From Eledone cirrhosa (Eukaryota), in contig OZ024757.1 of assembly GCA_964016885.1 (NCBI GenBank), positions 35,650,001 through 35,714,000 of the forward strand: a stretch of 64,000 bases of DNA. The letters run 5' to 3'. This document shows, in pieces, positions 29,528 to 42,500 of this stretch. The position numbers and the translations under genes were made by a program. Under the pieces are notes generated by a model. That model did no database searches and was not told the DNA's origin. It saw only the letters and a program-made list of their open reading frames with translations. How positions within the stretch are numbered: the first letter of the stretch is position 1; each line of letters begins with the position of its first letter.

Positions 29528-32500
29528 ATGAAACTCTGTCATGTAATGTTATGGACATCTCTGCCCCTGTGGCTAATAATTCTGTCATGTAATGTTATGG
29601 ACATCTCTGCCCCTGTGGCTAATAATTCTGACATGTAATGTTATGGACATCGCTGCCCCTGTGGCTAATAATTCTGACATGTAATGTTATGGACATCTCT
29701 GCCCTGTGGCTAATAATTCTGAGAGAGATGAAACACGTGAGGGATTAGAGAGAGATAAAACAAGTGAGGGATTAGAGTGTTGAAACAAGAGAGAGAGAGG
29801 AAGAGAGAGAGAGAGAGAGATGAAATGAGACAGGGAGAGCGAGATGAAACGCGAGAGTGAGAGAAGCGAGATGAAACGAGAGAGTGAGAGCGAGATGAAA
29901 CGAGAGAGAGAGAGAGCGAGATGAAACGAGACAGAGAGAGCGAGATTTAATGAGAGATAGAGAGAGAGAGAGCGGGATGGAACGAGACAGAGAGGAAACG
30001 AGAGAGAGAGGAAACGAGAGAGAGGAAACGAGAGTAGAGAGCGAGATGAAACAGGAGAGAGAGAGCGAGATGAAACGAGAGGGAGAGAGAGATGAAACGA
30101 GGGAGATAGAGATGAAACGAGAGAGAGGAAGAGAGAGATGGAACGAGAGAGAGGAAGACAGAGATGAAACGAGAGAGAGAGAGAGATGAAACGAGAGAGA
30201 GAGAGAGCGCGAGATGAAACGAGAGAGAGAGAGCGCGAGATGAAACGACAGAGAGAGAGACAGATGAAAGGAGGGAGATAGAGATGAAACGAGAGAGAGG
30301 AAGAGAGAGATGGAACGAGCGAGAGGAAGAGAGAGAGGAAGACAGAGATGAAACGAGAGAGAGCGAGATGAAACGAGAGAGCGAGATGAAACGAGAGAGA
30401 GAGAGAGCGAGATGAAACGAGAGAGAGGAAGAGAGAGAGCGCGAGATGAAACTCTGTCATGTAACGTTATGGACATATCTGCCCTTGGGGCTATAATTGT
30501 CATGTAATGTTATGGACATCTCTGCCCCTGTGGCTAATAATTCTGTCATGTAATGTTATGGAGATCTCTGCCCCTGTGGCTAATAATTCTTTCATGTAAT
30601 GTTATGGACATCTCGGCCCCTGTGGCAAATAATTCTGACATGTAATGTTATGGACATCTCTGCCCCTGTGGCTAATAATTCTGACATGTAATGTTATGGA
30701 CATCTCTGCCCCTGTGGCTAATAATTCTGACATGTAATGTTATGGACATCTCTGCCCTGTGGCTAATAATTCTGAGAGAGATGAAACACGTGAGGGATTA
30801 GAGAGAGATAAAACAAGTGAGGGATTAGAGTGTTGAAACAAGAGAGAGAGAGGAAGAGAGAGAGAGCGAGATGAAATGAGACAGGGAGAGCGAGATGAAA
30901 CGCGAGAGTGAGAGAAGCGAGATGAAACGAGAGAGTGAGAGCGAGATGAAACGAGAGAGAGAGAGAGCGAGATGAAACGAGACAGAGATAGCGAGATTTA
31001 ATGAGAGAGAGAGAGAGCGGGATGGAACGAGACAGAGAGGAAACGAGAGAGAGAGGAAACGAGAGAGAGGAAACGAGAGTAGAGAGCGAGATGAAACAGG
31101 AGAGAGAGAGCGAGATGAAACGAGAGGGAGAGAGAGATGAAATGAGGGAGATAGAGATGAAACGAGAGAGAGGAAGAGAGAGATGGAACGAGAGAGAGGA
31201 AGACAGAGATGAAACGAGAGAGAGCGAGATGAAACGAGAGAGAGAGAGCGCGAGATGAAACTCTGTCATGTAACGTTATGGACATATCTGCCCTTGGGGC
31301 TATAATTGTCATGTAATGTTATGGACATCTCTGCCCCTGTGGCTAATAATTCTGTCATGTAATGTTATGGACATCTCTGCCCCTGTGGCTAATAATTCTT
31401 TCATGTAATGTTATGGACATCTCGGCCCCTGTGGCTAATAATTCTGACATGTAATGTTATGGACATCTCTGCCCCTGTGGCTAATAATTCTGACATGTAA
31501 TGTTATGGACATCTCTGCCCTGTGTCTAATAATTCTGACATGTAATGTTATGGACATCTCTGCCCCTGTGGCTAATAATTCTGTCATGTAATGTTATGGA
31601 CATCTCTGCCCCTATGGCTAATAATTCTGACATGTAATGTTATGGACATCTCTGCCCCTGTGGCTAATAATTCTGCCATGTAATGTTATGGACATCTCTG
31701 CCCCTGTGGCTAATAATTCTGAGAGAGATGAAACAAGTGAGGGATTAGAGATAGATAAAACAAGTGAGGGATTAGAGTGTTGAAACAAGAGAGAGAGAGA
31801 GCGAGATGAAATGAGACAGGGAGAGCGAGATGAAACGCGCGAGTGAGAGAAGCGAGATGAAACGAGAGAGTGAGAGCGAGAGGAAACGAGAGAGAGAGAG
31901 AGCGAGATGAAACGAGACAGAGAGAGCGAGATGTAATGAGAGAGAGAGAGAGCGGGATGGAACGAGACAGAGAGGAAACGAGAGAGAGGAAACGAGAGTA
32001 GAGAGCGAGATGAAACGAGAGGGAGAGAGAGATGAAACGAGAGAGCGAGATAGAGATGAAACGAGAGAGAGGAAGAGAGAGATGGAACGAGAGAGAGGAA
32101 GACAGAGATGAAACGAGAGAGAGAGAGAGAGAGCGAGATGAAACGAGAGAGAGAGAGCGCGAGATGAAACGAGAGAGAGAGAGAGCGCGAGATGAAACGA
32201 GAGAGAGAGAGCGCGAGATGAAACGACAGAGAGAGAGACAGATGAAAGGAGGGAGATAGAGATGAAACGAGAGAGAGGAAGATAGAGATGGAACGAGAGA
32301 GAGCAAGATAGAGATGGAACGAGAGAGAGCAAGAGAGAGATGGAACGAGAGAGAGGAAGACAGAGATGAAACGAGAGAGAGAGAGAGCGAGATGAAACTC
32401 TGTCATGTAATGTTATGCACATATCTGCCCTTGGGGTTAATAATTGTCATGTAATGTTATGGACATCTCTGCCCCTGTGGCTAATAATTCTGTCATGTAA

Positions 32501-35500
32501 TGTTATGGACATCTCTGCCCCTGTGGCTAATAATTCTGAGAGAGATGAAACAAGTGAGGGATTAGAGAGACATAAAACAAGTGAGGGATTAGAGTGTTGA
32601 AACAAGAGAGAGAGAGAGCGAGATGAAATGAGACAGGGAGAGCGAGATGAAACGCGAGAGTGAGAGAAGCGAGATGAAACGAGAGAGTGAGAGCGAGATG
32701 AAACGAGAGAGAGAGAGAGCGAGATGAAACGAGACAGAGAGAGCGAGATGTAATGAGAGAGAGAGAGAGCGGGATGGAACGAGACAGAGAGGAAACGAGA
32801 GAGAGAGGAAACGAGAGAGAGGAAACGAGAGTAGAGAGCGAGATGAAACAGGAGAGAGAGAGCGAGATGAAACGAGAGGCAGAGAGAGATGAAACGAGGG
32901 AGAGGAAGAGAGAGATGGAACGAGAGAGAGGAAGACAGAGATGAAACGAGAGAGAGAGAGCGAGATGAAACGAGAGAGAGAGAGCGCGAGATGAAACGAG
33001 AGAGAGAGAGCGCGAGATGAAACGACAGAGAGAGAGACAGATGAAAGGAGGGAGATAGAGATGAAACGAGAGAGAGGAAGAGAGTGATGGAACGAGCGAG
33101 AGGAAGAGAGAGATGGAACGAGAGAGAGGAAGACAGAGATGAAACGAGAGAAAGCGAGATGAAACGAGAGAGCGAGATGAAACGGGAGAGAGAGCGAGAT
33201 GAAACGAGAGAGAGGGAAAGAGAGAGCGCGAGATGAAACTCTGTCATGTAATGTTATGGACATATCTGCCCTTGGGGCTAATAATTGTCATGTAATGTTA
33301 TGGACATCTCTGCCCCTGTGGCTAATAATTATGTCATGTAATGTGATGGACATCTCTGCCCCTGTGGCTAATAATTCTGTCATGTAATGTTATGGACATC
33401 TCTGCCCCTGTGGCTAATAATTCTGACATGTAATGTTATGGACATCTCTGCCCTGTGGCTAATAATTCTGACATGTAATGTTATGGACATCTCTGCCCCT
33501 GTGGCTAATAATTCTGAGAGAGATGAAACAAGTGAGAGATTAGAGAGAGATAAAACAAGTGAGGGATTAGAGTGTTGAAACAAGAGAGAGAAAGAGCGAA
33601 ATGAAATGAGACAGGGAGAGCGAGATGAAACGCGAGAGTGAGAGAAGCGAGATGAAACGAGAGAGTGAGAGCGAGATCAAACGAGAGAGAGAGAGAGCGA
33701 GATGAAACGAGACAGAGAGGAAACGAGAGAGAGGAAACGAGAGTAGAGAGCGAGATGAAACAGGAGAGAGAGAGCGAGATGAAACGAGAGGGAGAGAGAG
33801 ATGAAACGAGAGAGCGACAGAGAGATGAAAGGAGGGAGATAGAGATGAAACGAGAGAGAGGAAGAGAGAGATGGAACGAGAGAGAGGAAGAGTGAGATGG
33901 AACGAGAGAGAGGAAGACAGAGATGAAACGAGAGAGAGAGAGAGCGAGATGAAATAAGGGAGAGAGAGCGCAAGATGAAACGAGAGAGAGAGAGCGCGAG
34001 ATGAAACGACAGAGAGAGAGACAGATGAAAGGAGTGAGATAGAGATGAAACGAGAGAGAGGATGAGAGAGATGGAACGAGAGAGAGGAAGAGAGAGATGG
34101 AACGAGAGAGAGGAAGACAGAGATGAAACGAGAGAGAGAGAGAGCGAGAGGAAACGAGAGAGAGAGAACGCAAGATGAAACGAGAGAGAGAGAGCGCGAG
34201 ATGAAACTGTCATGTAATGTTATTGCCATATCTGCCCCTGTGGCTAATAATTGTCATGTAATGTTATGGTCATCTCTGCCCCTGTGGCTAATAATTCTGT
34301 CATGTAATGTTATGGACATCTCTGCCACTGTGGCTAATAATTCTGAGAGAGATGAAACAAGTTAGAGATTAGAGAGAGATAAAACAAGTGAGGGATTAGA
34401 GTGTTGAAACAAGAGAGAGAGAGGAAGAGAGAGAAAGAGCGAAATGAAATGAGACAGGGAGAGCGAGATGAAACGCGAGAGTGAGAGAAGCGAGATGAAA
34501 CGAGAGAGTGAGAGCGAGATCAAACGAGAGAGAGAGAGAGCGAGATGAAACGAGACAGAGAGGAAACGAGAGAGAGGAAACGAGAGTAGAGAGCGAGATG
34601 AAACAGGAGAGAGAGAGCGAGATGAAACGAGAGGGAGAGAGAGATGAAACGAGAGAGCGACAGAGAGATGAAAGGAGGGAGATAGAGATGAAACGAGAGA
34701 GAGGAAGAGAGAGATGGAACGAGAGAGAGGAAGAGTGAGATGGAACGAGAGAGAGGAAGACAGAGATGAAACGAGAGAGAGAGAGAGCGAGATGAAATAA
34801 GGGAGAGAGAGCGCAAGATGAAACGAGAGAGAGAGAGCGCGAGATGAAACGACAGAGAGAGAGACAGATGAAAGGAGTGAGATAGAGATGAAACGAGAGA
34901 GAGGAAGAGAGAGATGGAACGAGAGAGAGGAAGAGAGAGATGGAACGAAAGAGAGGAAGACAGAGATGAAACGAGAGAGAGAGAGAGCGAGAGGAAACGA
35001 GAGAGAGAGAGCGCAAGATGAAACGAGAGAGAGAGAGCGCGAGATGAAACTGTCATGTAATGTTATTGCCATATCTGCCCCTGTGGCTAATAATTGTCAT
35101 GTAATGTTATGGTCATCTCTGCCCCTGTGGCTAATAATTCTGTCATGTAATGTTATGGACATCTCTGCCCCTGTGGCTAATAATTCTGACATGTAATGTT
35201 ATGGACATCTCTGCCCCTGCGGCTAATAATTCTGACATGTAATGTTATGGTCATCTCTGCCCCTGTGGCTAATAATTCTGAGAGAGATGAAACAAGTGAG
35301 GGATTAGAGTGTTGAAACAAGAGAGAGAGAGAGCGAGATGAAATGAGAGAGTGAGAGCGAGATGAAACGAGAGAGTGAGAGCGAGATGAAACGAGAGAGA
35401 GAGAGCGAGATGAAATGAGAGAGAGAGAGCGAGATGAAATGAGACAGAGAGAGAACGAGATGAAACGAGAGAGTGAGAGCGAGATGAAACGAGAGAGTGA

Positions 35501-36536
35501 GAGCGAGATGAAACGAGAGAGAGAGAGCGAGATGAAATGAGAGAGAGAGAGCGAGATGAAATGAGAGAGAGAGAGCGAGATGAAACGAGACATAGAGAGA
35601 ACGAGATGAAACGAGAGAGTGAGAGCGAGATGAAACGAGAGAGAGAGAGCGCGAGATGAAACGGGAGGGAGAGAGAGATGAAACGAGAGAGAGAGGAAAC
35701 GAGAGTAGAGAGCGAGATGAAACAGGAGAGAGAGAGAGCGAGATGAAACAGGAGAGAGAGAGCGAGATGAAACGAGAGGGAGAGAGAGATGAAACGAGAG
35801 AGCGAGAGAGAGATGAAACGAGGGAGATAGAGATGAAACGAGAGAGAGGAAGAGAGAGATGGAACGAGAGAGAGGAAGACAGAGATGGAACGAGAGAGAG
35901 GAAGACAGAGATGAAACGAGAGAGAGAGAGAGCGAGATGAAACAGGAGAGAGAGAGCGAGATGAAACGAGAGGGAGAGAGAGATGAAACGAGAGAGCGAG
36001 AGAGAGATGAAACAAGGGAGATAGAGATGAAACGAGAGAGAGGAAGAGAGAGATGGAACGAGAGAGTGGAAGAGAGAGATGGAACGAGAGAGAGGAAGAC
36101 AGAGAAGAAACGAGAGAGAGAGAGCGCAAGATGAAATGAGAGAGAGAGAGCGCGAGATGAAACGACAGAGAGAGAGACAGATGAAAGGGGGGAGATAGAG
36201 ATGAAACGAGAGAGAGGAAGAGAGAGATGGAACGAGAGAGAGGAAGAGAGAGATGGAACGAGAGAGAGGAAGACAGAGATGAAACGAGAGAGAGAGCGAG
36301 ATGAAACGGGAGAGAGAGAGCGCAAGATGAAACGAGAGAGAGCGCGAGATGAAACTCTGTCATGTAATGTTATTGACATATCTGCCCCTGTGGCTAATAA
36401 TTGTCACGTAATGTTATGGTCATCGCTGCCCCTGTGGCTAATAATTCTGTCATGTAATGTTATGGACATCTCTGCCCTTGTGGCTAATAATTCTGACATG
36501 TAATGTTATGGACATCTCTGCCCCTGTGGCTAATAA
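29527..36536 (+). repeat. Compound satellite, GA orientation: 46-bp minisatellite blocks alternating with GAGATGAAAC(GA)n blocks
   Basis: 46-mer CATGTAATGTTATGGACATCTCTGCCCCTGTGGCTAATAATTCTGW (period 29540 to 29586). GA blocks start GAGAGAGATGAAACA.GTGAG.GATTAGAG and mostly end GCGAGATGAAACTCTGT. Confidence 0.97.
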
Positions 36537-36543
36537 ATCAGAA

Positions 36544-39500
36544 TTATTAGCCACAGGGGCAGAGATGTCCATAACATTACATGTCAGAATTATTAGCCAC
36601 AGGGGCAGAGATGTCCATAACATTACATGTCAGAATTGTTAGCCACAGGGGCAGAGATGTCCATAACATTACATGTCAGAATTATTAGCCACAGGGGCAG
36701 AGATGTCCATAACATTACATGTCAGAATTATTAGCCAGAGGGGCAGAGATGTCCATAACATTACATGACAGAATTATTAGCCACAGGGGCAGATATGTCC
36801 ATAACATTACATGACAGACTTTCATCTCGCGCTCTCTCTCTCTCTCTCGTTTCATCTCGCGCTCTTTCTCTTCCTCTCTCTCGTTTCATCTCGGTCTCTC
36901 TATCGTTTCATCTCGCGTTCACTCTCTTCCTCTCTCTCGTTTCATCTCGCTCTCTCTCTCTCTCGTTTCATCTCTGTCTTCCTCTCTCTCGTTCCATCTC
37001 TCTCTCCCTCTCTCTCGTTCCACCTCTATCTTCCTCTCTCTCGTTTCCTCTCTCTCGTATCCTCTCTCTCGTTTCCTCTCTCTCTCGTTTCCTCTCTCTC
37101 TCGTTTCCTCTAGCTCTCTCTCTCTCGTTTCATCTCGCTCTCTCTCTCTCATTTCATCTCGCTCTCTCTCTCTCGTTTCATCTTGCTCTCTCTGTCTCGT
37201 TTCATTTCGCTCTCTCTCTCTCTCATTTCATCTCGCTCTCTCTATCTCGTTTCATCCCGCTCTCTCTGTCTCGTTTCATCTCGCTCTCTCTCTCTCATTT
37301 CATCTCGCTCTCTCTCTCTCATTTCATCTCGCTCTCACTCTCTCATTTCATCTCGCTCTCTCTCTCTCGTTTGATCTCGCTCTCACTCTCTCTTCCTCCC
37401 TCTCTCTTGTTTCAACACTCTAATCCCTCACTTGTTTCATCTCTCTCAGATTTATTAGCCACAGGGGCAGAGATGTCCATAACATTACATGACAGAATTA
37501 TTAGCCACAGGGGCAGAGATGTCCATAACACTACATGACATAATTATTAGCCACAGGGGCAGAGATGTCCATAACATTACATGACAGAATTATTAGCCAC
37601 AGGGGCAGAGATGTACATAACATTACATGACAATTATTAGCCCCAAGGGCAGATATGTCCATAACATTACATGACAATTATTAGCCCCAAGGGCAGATAT
37701 GTCCATAACATTACATGACAGACTTTCATCTCGCGCTCTCTCTCTCTCGTTTCATCTCGCCCTCTCTCTCTTCCTCTCTCTCGTTTCATCTCGCACTCTC
37801 TCTCTCTCGTTTCATCTCGCGCTCTCTCTCTTCCTCTCTCTCGTTTCATCTCGCTCTCTCTCTCTCTCGTTTCATCTTTGTCTTCCTCTCTCTCGTTCCA
37901 TTTCTCTCTTCCTCTCTCTCTCGTTCCATCTCTCTCTCGTTTCATCTAGCTCTCACTCTCTCGTTTCATCTCGCTCTCTCGTTTCATCTCTATCTCCCTC
38001 GTTTCATCTGTCTCTCTCTCTGTCGTTTCATCTCCCTCTATCTCTCTCTCGCTCTCTCGTTTTATCTCTCCCTCCCTCTCGTTTCATCTCGCTCTCTCAC
38101 TCCTGTTTCATCTCGCTCTCTCTCTCCTGTTTCATCTCGCTCTCTACTCTCGTTCCATCTCTCTCTCGTTTCATCTAGCTCACACTCTCTCGTTTCATCT
38201 CGCTCTCTCTGTCTCGTTCCATCTCACTCTTTCTGTCTCGTTTCATCTCGCTCTCTCTCTCTCATTTCATCTCGCTCTCTCTCTCTCTCTCGTTTCATCA
38301 CGCGCTCTCTCTCTTCCTCTCTCTCTTTTCATCTCTCTCTCTCTCTCTCCTTTCATCTCTGTCTTTCTCTCTCTCGTTCCATCTCTCTCTTCCTCTCTCT
38401 CGTTCCATCTCTCTCTTCCTCTCTCTCGTTTCATCTCTCTCTCTCGTTTCATCTCTATCTCCCTCGTTTCAGCTGTCTCTCTCTCTGTCGTTTCATCTCC
38501 CTCTATCTCTCTATCGCTCTCTCGTTTCATCTCTCTCTCCCTCTCGTTTCATCTCGCTCTCTCTCTCCTGTTTCATCTCGCTCTCTCTCTCTCCTGTTTC
38601 ATCTCGCTCTCTACTCTCGTTTCCTCTCTCTCGTTTCCTCTCTCTCTCGTTTCCTCTCTCTCTCGTTTTATGTAGCTCTCACTCTCTCGTTTCATCTCGC
38701 TCTCTCTCTCTCATTTCATCTCGCTCTCTCTCTCTCGTTTCATCTCGCTCTCTCTATCTCGTTTCATCTCGCTCTCTCTGTCTCTCATTTCATCTCGCTC
38801 TCTCTGTCTCGTTTCATCCCGCTCTCTCTGTCTCGTTTCATCTCGCTCTCTCTCTCTCATTTCATCTCACTCTCTCTCTCTCATCTCGCTCTCTCTCTCT
38901 CGTTTTATCTCGCTCTCACTCTCTCATTTCATCTCGCTCTCTCTCTCTCGTTTGATCTCGCTCTCACTCTCTCTTCCTCTTTCTCTCTTGTTTCAACACT
39001 TTAATCCCTCACTTGTTTCATCTCTCTCTAATCCCTCACTTGTTTCATCTCTCTCAGAATTATTAGCCACAGGGGCAGAGATGTCCATAACGTTACATGT
39101 CAGAAATTATTAGCCACAGGGGCAGAGATGTCCATAACATTACATGTCAGAATTATTAGCCACAGGGGCAGAGATGTCCATAACATTACATGACAGATTT
39201 ATTAGCCACAGGGGCAGAGATGTCCATAACATTACATGACGAATTTATTAGCCACAGGGGCAGAGATGTCCATAATATTACATTACAGAATTGTTAGCCA
39301 CAGGGGCAGAGATGGCCATAACATTACATGACAGAATTATTAGCCACAGGGGCAGAGATGTCCATAACATTACATGACAATTATTAGCCCCTAGGGCAGA
39401 TATGTCCATAACATTACTTGACAGACTTTCATCTGGCGCTCTCTCGTTTCATCTCGCGCTCTCTCTCTTCCTCTCTCTCGTTTCATCTCACTCTCTCTCT

Positions 39501-42500
39501 CTCTCGTTTCATCTCGCACTCTCTCTCTTCCTCTCTCTCGTTTTATCTTGCTCTCTCTCTCTCTCGTTTCATCTCTGTCTTCCTCTCTCTCGTTCCATCT
39601 CTCTCTTCCTCTCTCTCGTTTAATCTCTCTCTCTCGTTTCATCTCTATCTCCCTCGTTTCATCTGTCTCTCTTTCTGTCGTTTCATCTCCCTCTATCTCT
39701 CTCTCGCTCTCTCGTTTCATCTCTCTCTCCCTCTCGTTTCATCTCGCTCTCTCTCTCCTGTTTCATCTCGCTCTCTCTCTCCTGTTTCATCTCGCTCTCT
39801 ACTCTCGTTTCCTCTCTCTCGTATCCTCTCTCTCGTTTCCTCTCTCTCTCGTTTCCTCTCTCTCTCGTTTCCTCTAGCTCTCACTCTCTCGTTTCATCTC
39901 GCTCTCTCTCTCTCATTTCATCTCGCTCTCTCTCTCTCGTTTCATCTCGCTCTCTCTGTCTCGTTTCATTTCGCTCTCTCTCTCTCTCATTTCATCTCGC
40001 TCTCTCTGTCTCGTTTCATCCCGCTCTCTCTGTCTCCTTTCATCTCGCTCTCTCTCTCGCATTTCATCTCGCTCTCTCTCTCTCATTTCATCTCGCTCTC
40101 TCTCTCTCGTTTCATCTCGCTCTCACTCTCTCATTTCATCTCGCTCTCTCTCTCGTTTGATCTCGCTCTCACTCTCTCTTCCTCTCTCTCTCTTGTTTCA
40201 ACACTCTAATCCCTCACTTGTTTCATCTCTCTCTTATCCCTCACTTGTTTCATCTCTCTCAGAATTATTAGCCACAGGGGCAGAGATGTCCATAACATTA
40301 CATGTCAGAATTATTAGCCACAGGGGCAGAGATGTCCATAACATTACATGACAGATTTATTAGCCACAGGGGCAGAGATGTCCATAACATTACATGACGA
40401 ATTTATTAGCCACAGGGGCAGAGATGTCCATAACATTACATGACAGAATTATTAGCCACAGGGGCAGAGATGTCCATAACATTACATGACATAATTATTA
40501 GCCACAGGGGCAGAGATGTCCATAACATTACATGACAGAATTATTAGCCACAGGGGCAGATATGTCCATAACATTACATGACAATTATTAGCCCCAAGGG
40601 CAGATATGTCCATAACATTACATGAGAGACTTACATCTCACGCTCTCTCTCTCTCGTTTCATCTCGCTCTCTCTCTCTCTCGTTTCAACTTTGTCTTCCT
40701 CTCTCTCGTTCCATCTCTCTCTTCCTCTCTCTCTCGTTCCATCTCTCTCTCGTTTCATCTAGCTCTCACTCTCTCGTTTCATCTCGCTCTCTCTGTCTCG
40801 TTCCATCTCGCTCTCTCTCTCTCGTTTCATCTCTATCTCCCTCGTTTCATCTGTCTCTCTCTCTGTCGTTTCATCTCCCTCTATCTCTCTCTCGCTCTCT
40901 CGTTTCATCTCTGCCTCCCTCTCGTTTCATCTCGCTCTCTCACTCCTGTTTCATCTCGCTCTCTCTCTCCTGTTTAATCTCGCTCTCTACTCTCGTTCCA
41001 TCTCTCTCTCGTTTCATCTAGCTCTCACTCTCTCGTTTCATCTCGCTCTCTCTGTCTCTCATTTCATCTCGATCTCTCTGTCTCGTTTCATCCCGCTCTC
41101 TCTCTCTCGTTTCATCTCACTCTCACTCCATCTCGCTCTCTCTCTCTCGTTTCATCTCGCGCTCTCTCTCTTCCTCTCTCTCGTTTCATCTCGCTCTCTC
41201 TCTCTCTCTCGTTTCATCACGCGTTCTCTCTCTTCCTCTCTCTCGTTTCATCTCTCTCTCTCTCTCTCTCTCGTTTCATCTCTGTCTTCCTCTCTCTCGA
41301 TCCATCTCTCTCTTCCTGTCTCTCGTTCCATCTCTCTCTTCCTCTCTCTCGTTTCATCTCTATCTCCCTCGTTTCATCTGTCTCTCTCTCTGTCGTTTCA
41401 TCTCCCTCTATCTCTCTCTCGCTCTCTCGTTTCATCTCTCTCTCCCTCTCGTTTCATCTCGCTCTCTCTCTCCTGTTTCATCTCGCTCTCTACTCTCGTT
41501 TCCTCTCTCTCGTTTCCTCTCTCTCATTTCCTCTCTCTCTCGTTTCCTCTCTCTCTCGTTTCATCTGGCTCTCACTCTCTCGTTTCATCTCGCTCTCACT
41601 CTCTCATTTCATCTCGCTCTCTCTCTCTCATTTCATCTCGCTCTCTCTCTCTCGTTTCATCTCGCTCTCACTCTCTCATTTCATCTCGCTCTCTCTCTCT
41701 CGTTTGATCTCGCTCTCACTCTCTCTTCCTCTCTCTCTCTTGTTTCAACACTCTAATCCCTCACTTGTTTCATCTCTCTCAGAATTATTAGCCACAGGGG
41801 CAGAGATGTCCATAACATTACATGTCAGAATTATTAGCCACAGGGGCAGAGATGTCCATAACATTACATGACAGATTTATTAGCCACAGGGGCAGAGATG
41901 TCCATAACATTACATGACGAATTTATTAGCCACAGGGGCAGAGATGTCCATAATATTACATTACAGAATTATTAGCCACAGGGGCAGAGATGTCCATAAC
42001 ATTACATGACAATTATTAGCCCCTAGGGCAGATATGTCCATAACATTACTTGACAGACTTTCATCTGGCGCTCTTTCGTTTCATCTCGCGCTCTCTCTCT
42101 TCCTCTCTCTCGTTTCATCTCGCACTCTCTCTCTTCCTCTCTCTCGTTTTATCTTGCTCTCTCTCTCTCTCGTTTCATCTCTGTCTTCCTCTCTCTCGTT
42201 CCATCTCTCTCTTCCTCTCTCTCGTTTCATCTCTCTCTCTCGTTTCATCTCTATCTCCCTCGTTTCATCTGTCTCTCTCTCTGTCGTTTCATCTACCTCT
42301 ATCTCTCTCTCGCTCTCTCGTTTCATCTCTCTCTCCCTCTCGTTTCATCTCGCTCTCTCTCTCCTGTTTCATCTCGCTCTCTCTCTCCTGTTTCATCTCA
42401 CTCTCTACTCTCGTTTCCTCTCTCTCGTATCCTCTCTCTCGTTTCCTCTCTCTCTCGTTTCCTCTCTCTCTCGTTTCCTCTAGCTCTCACTCTCTCGTTT

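Noticed and set aside
29560-29580. CTCF-like motif in the 46-mer (GCCACAGGGGCAG on the minus strand)
   Set aside because: It needs two gaps to fit the CCASYAGRKGGCRS core; the ungapped match is poor.
36528-36552. Inversion as a long-read fold-back chimera artefact
   Set aside because: Considered unlikely because the arms are not exact mirrors and the same junction recurs at 53758. It cannot be fully excluded without reads.
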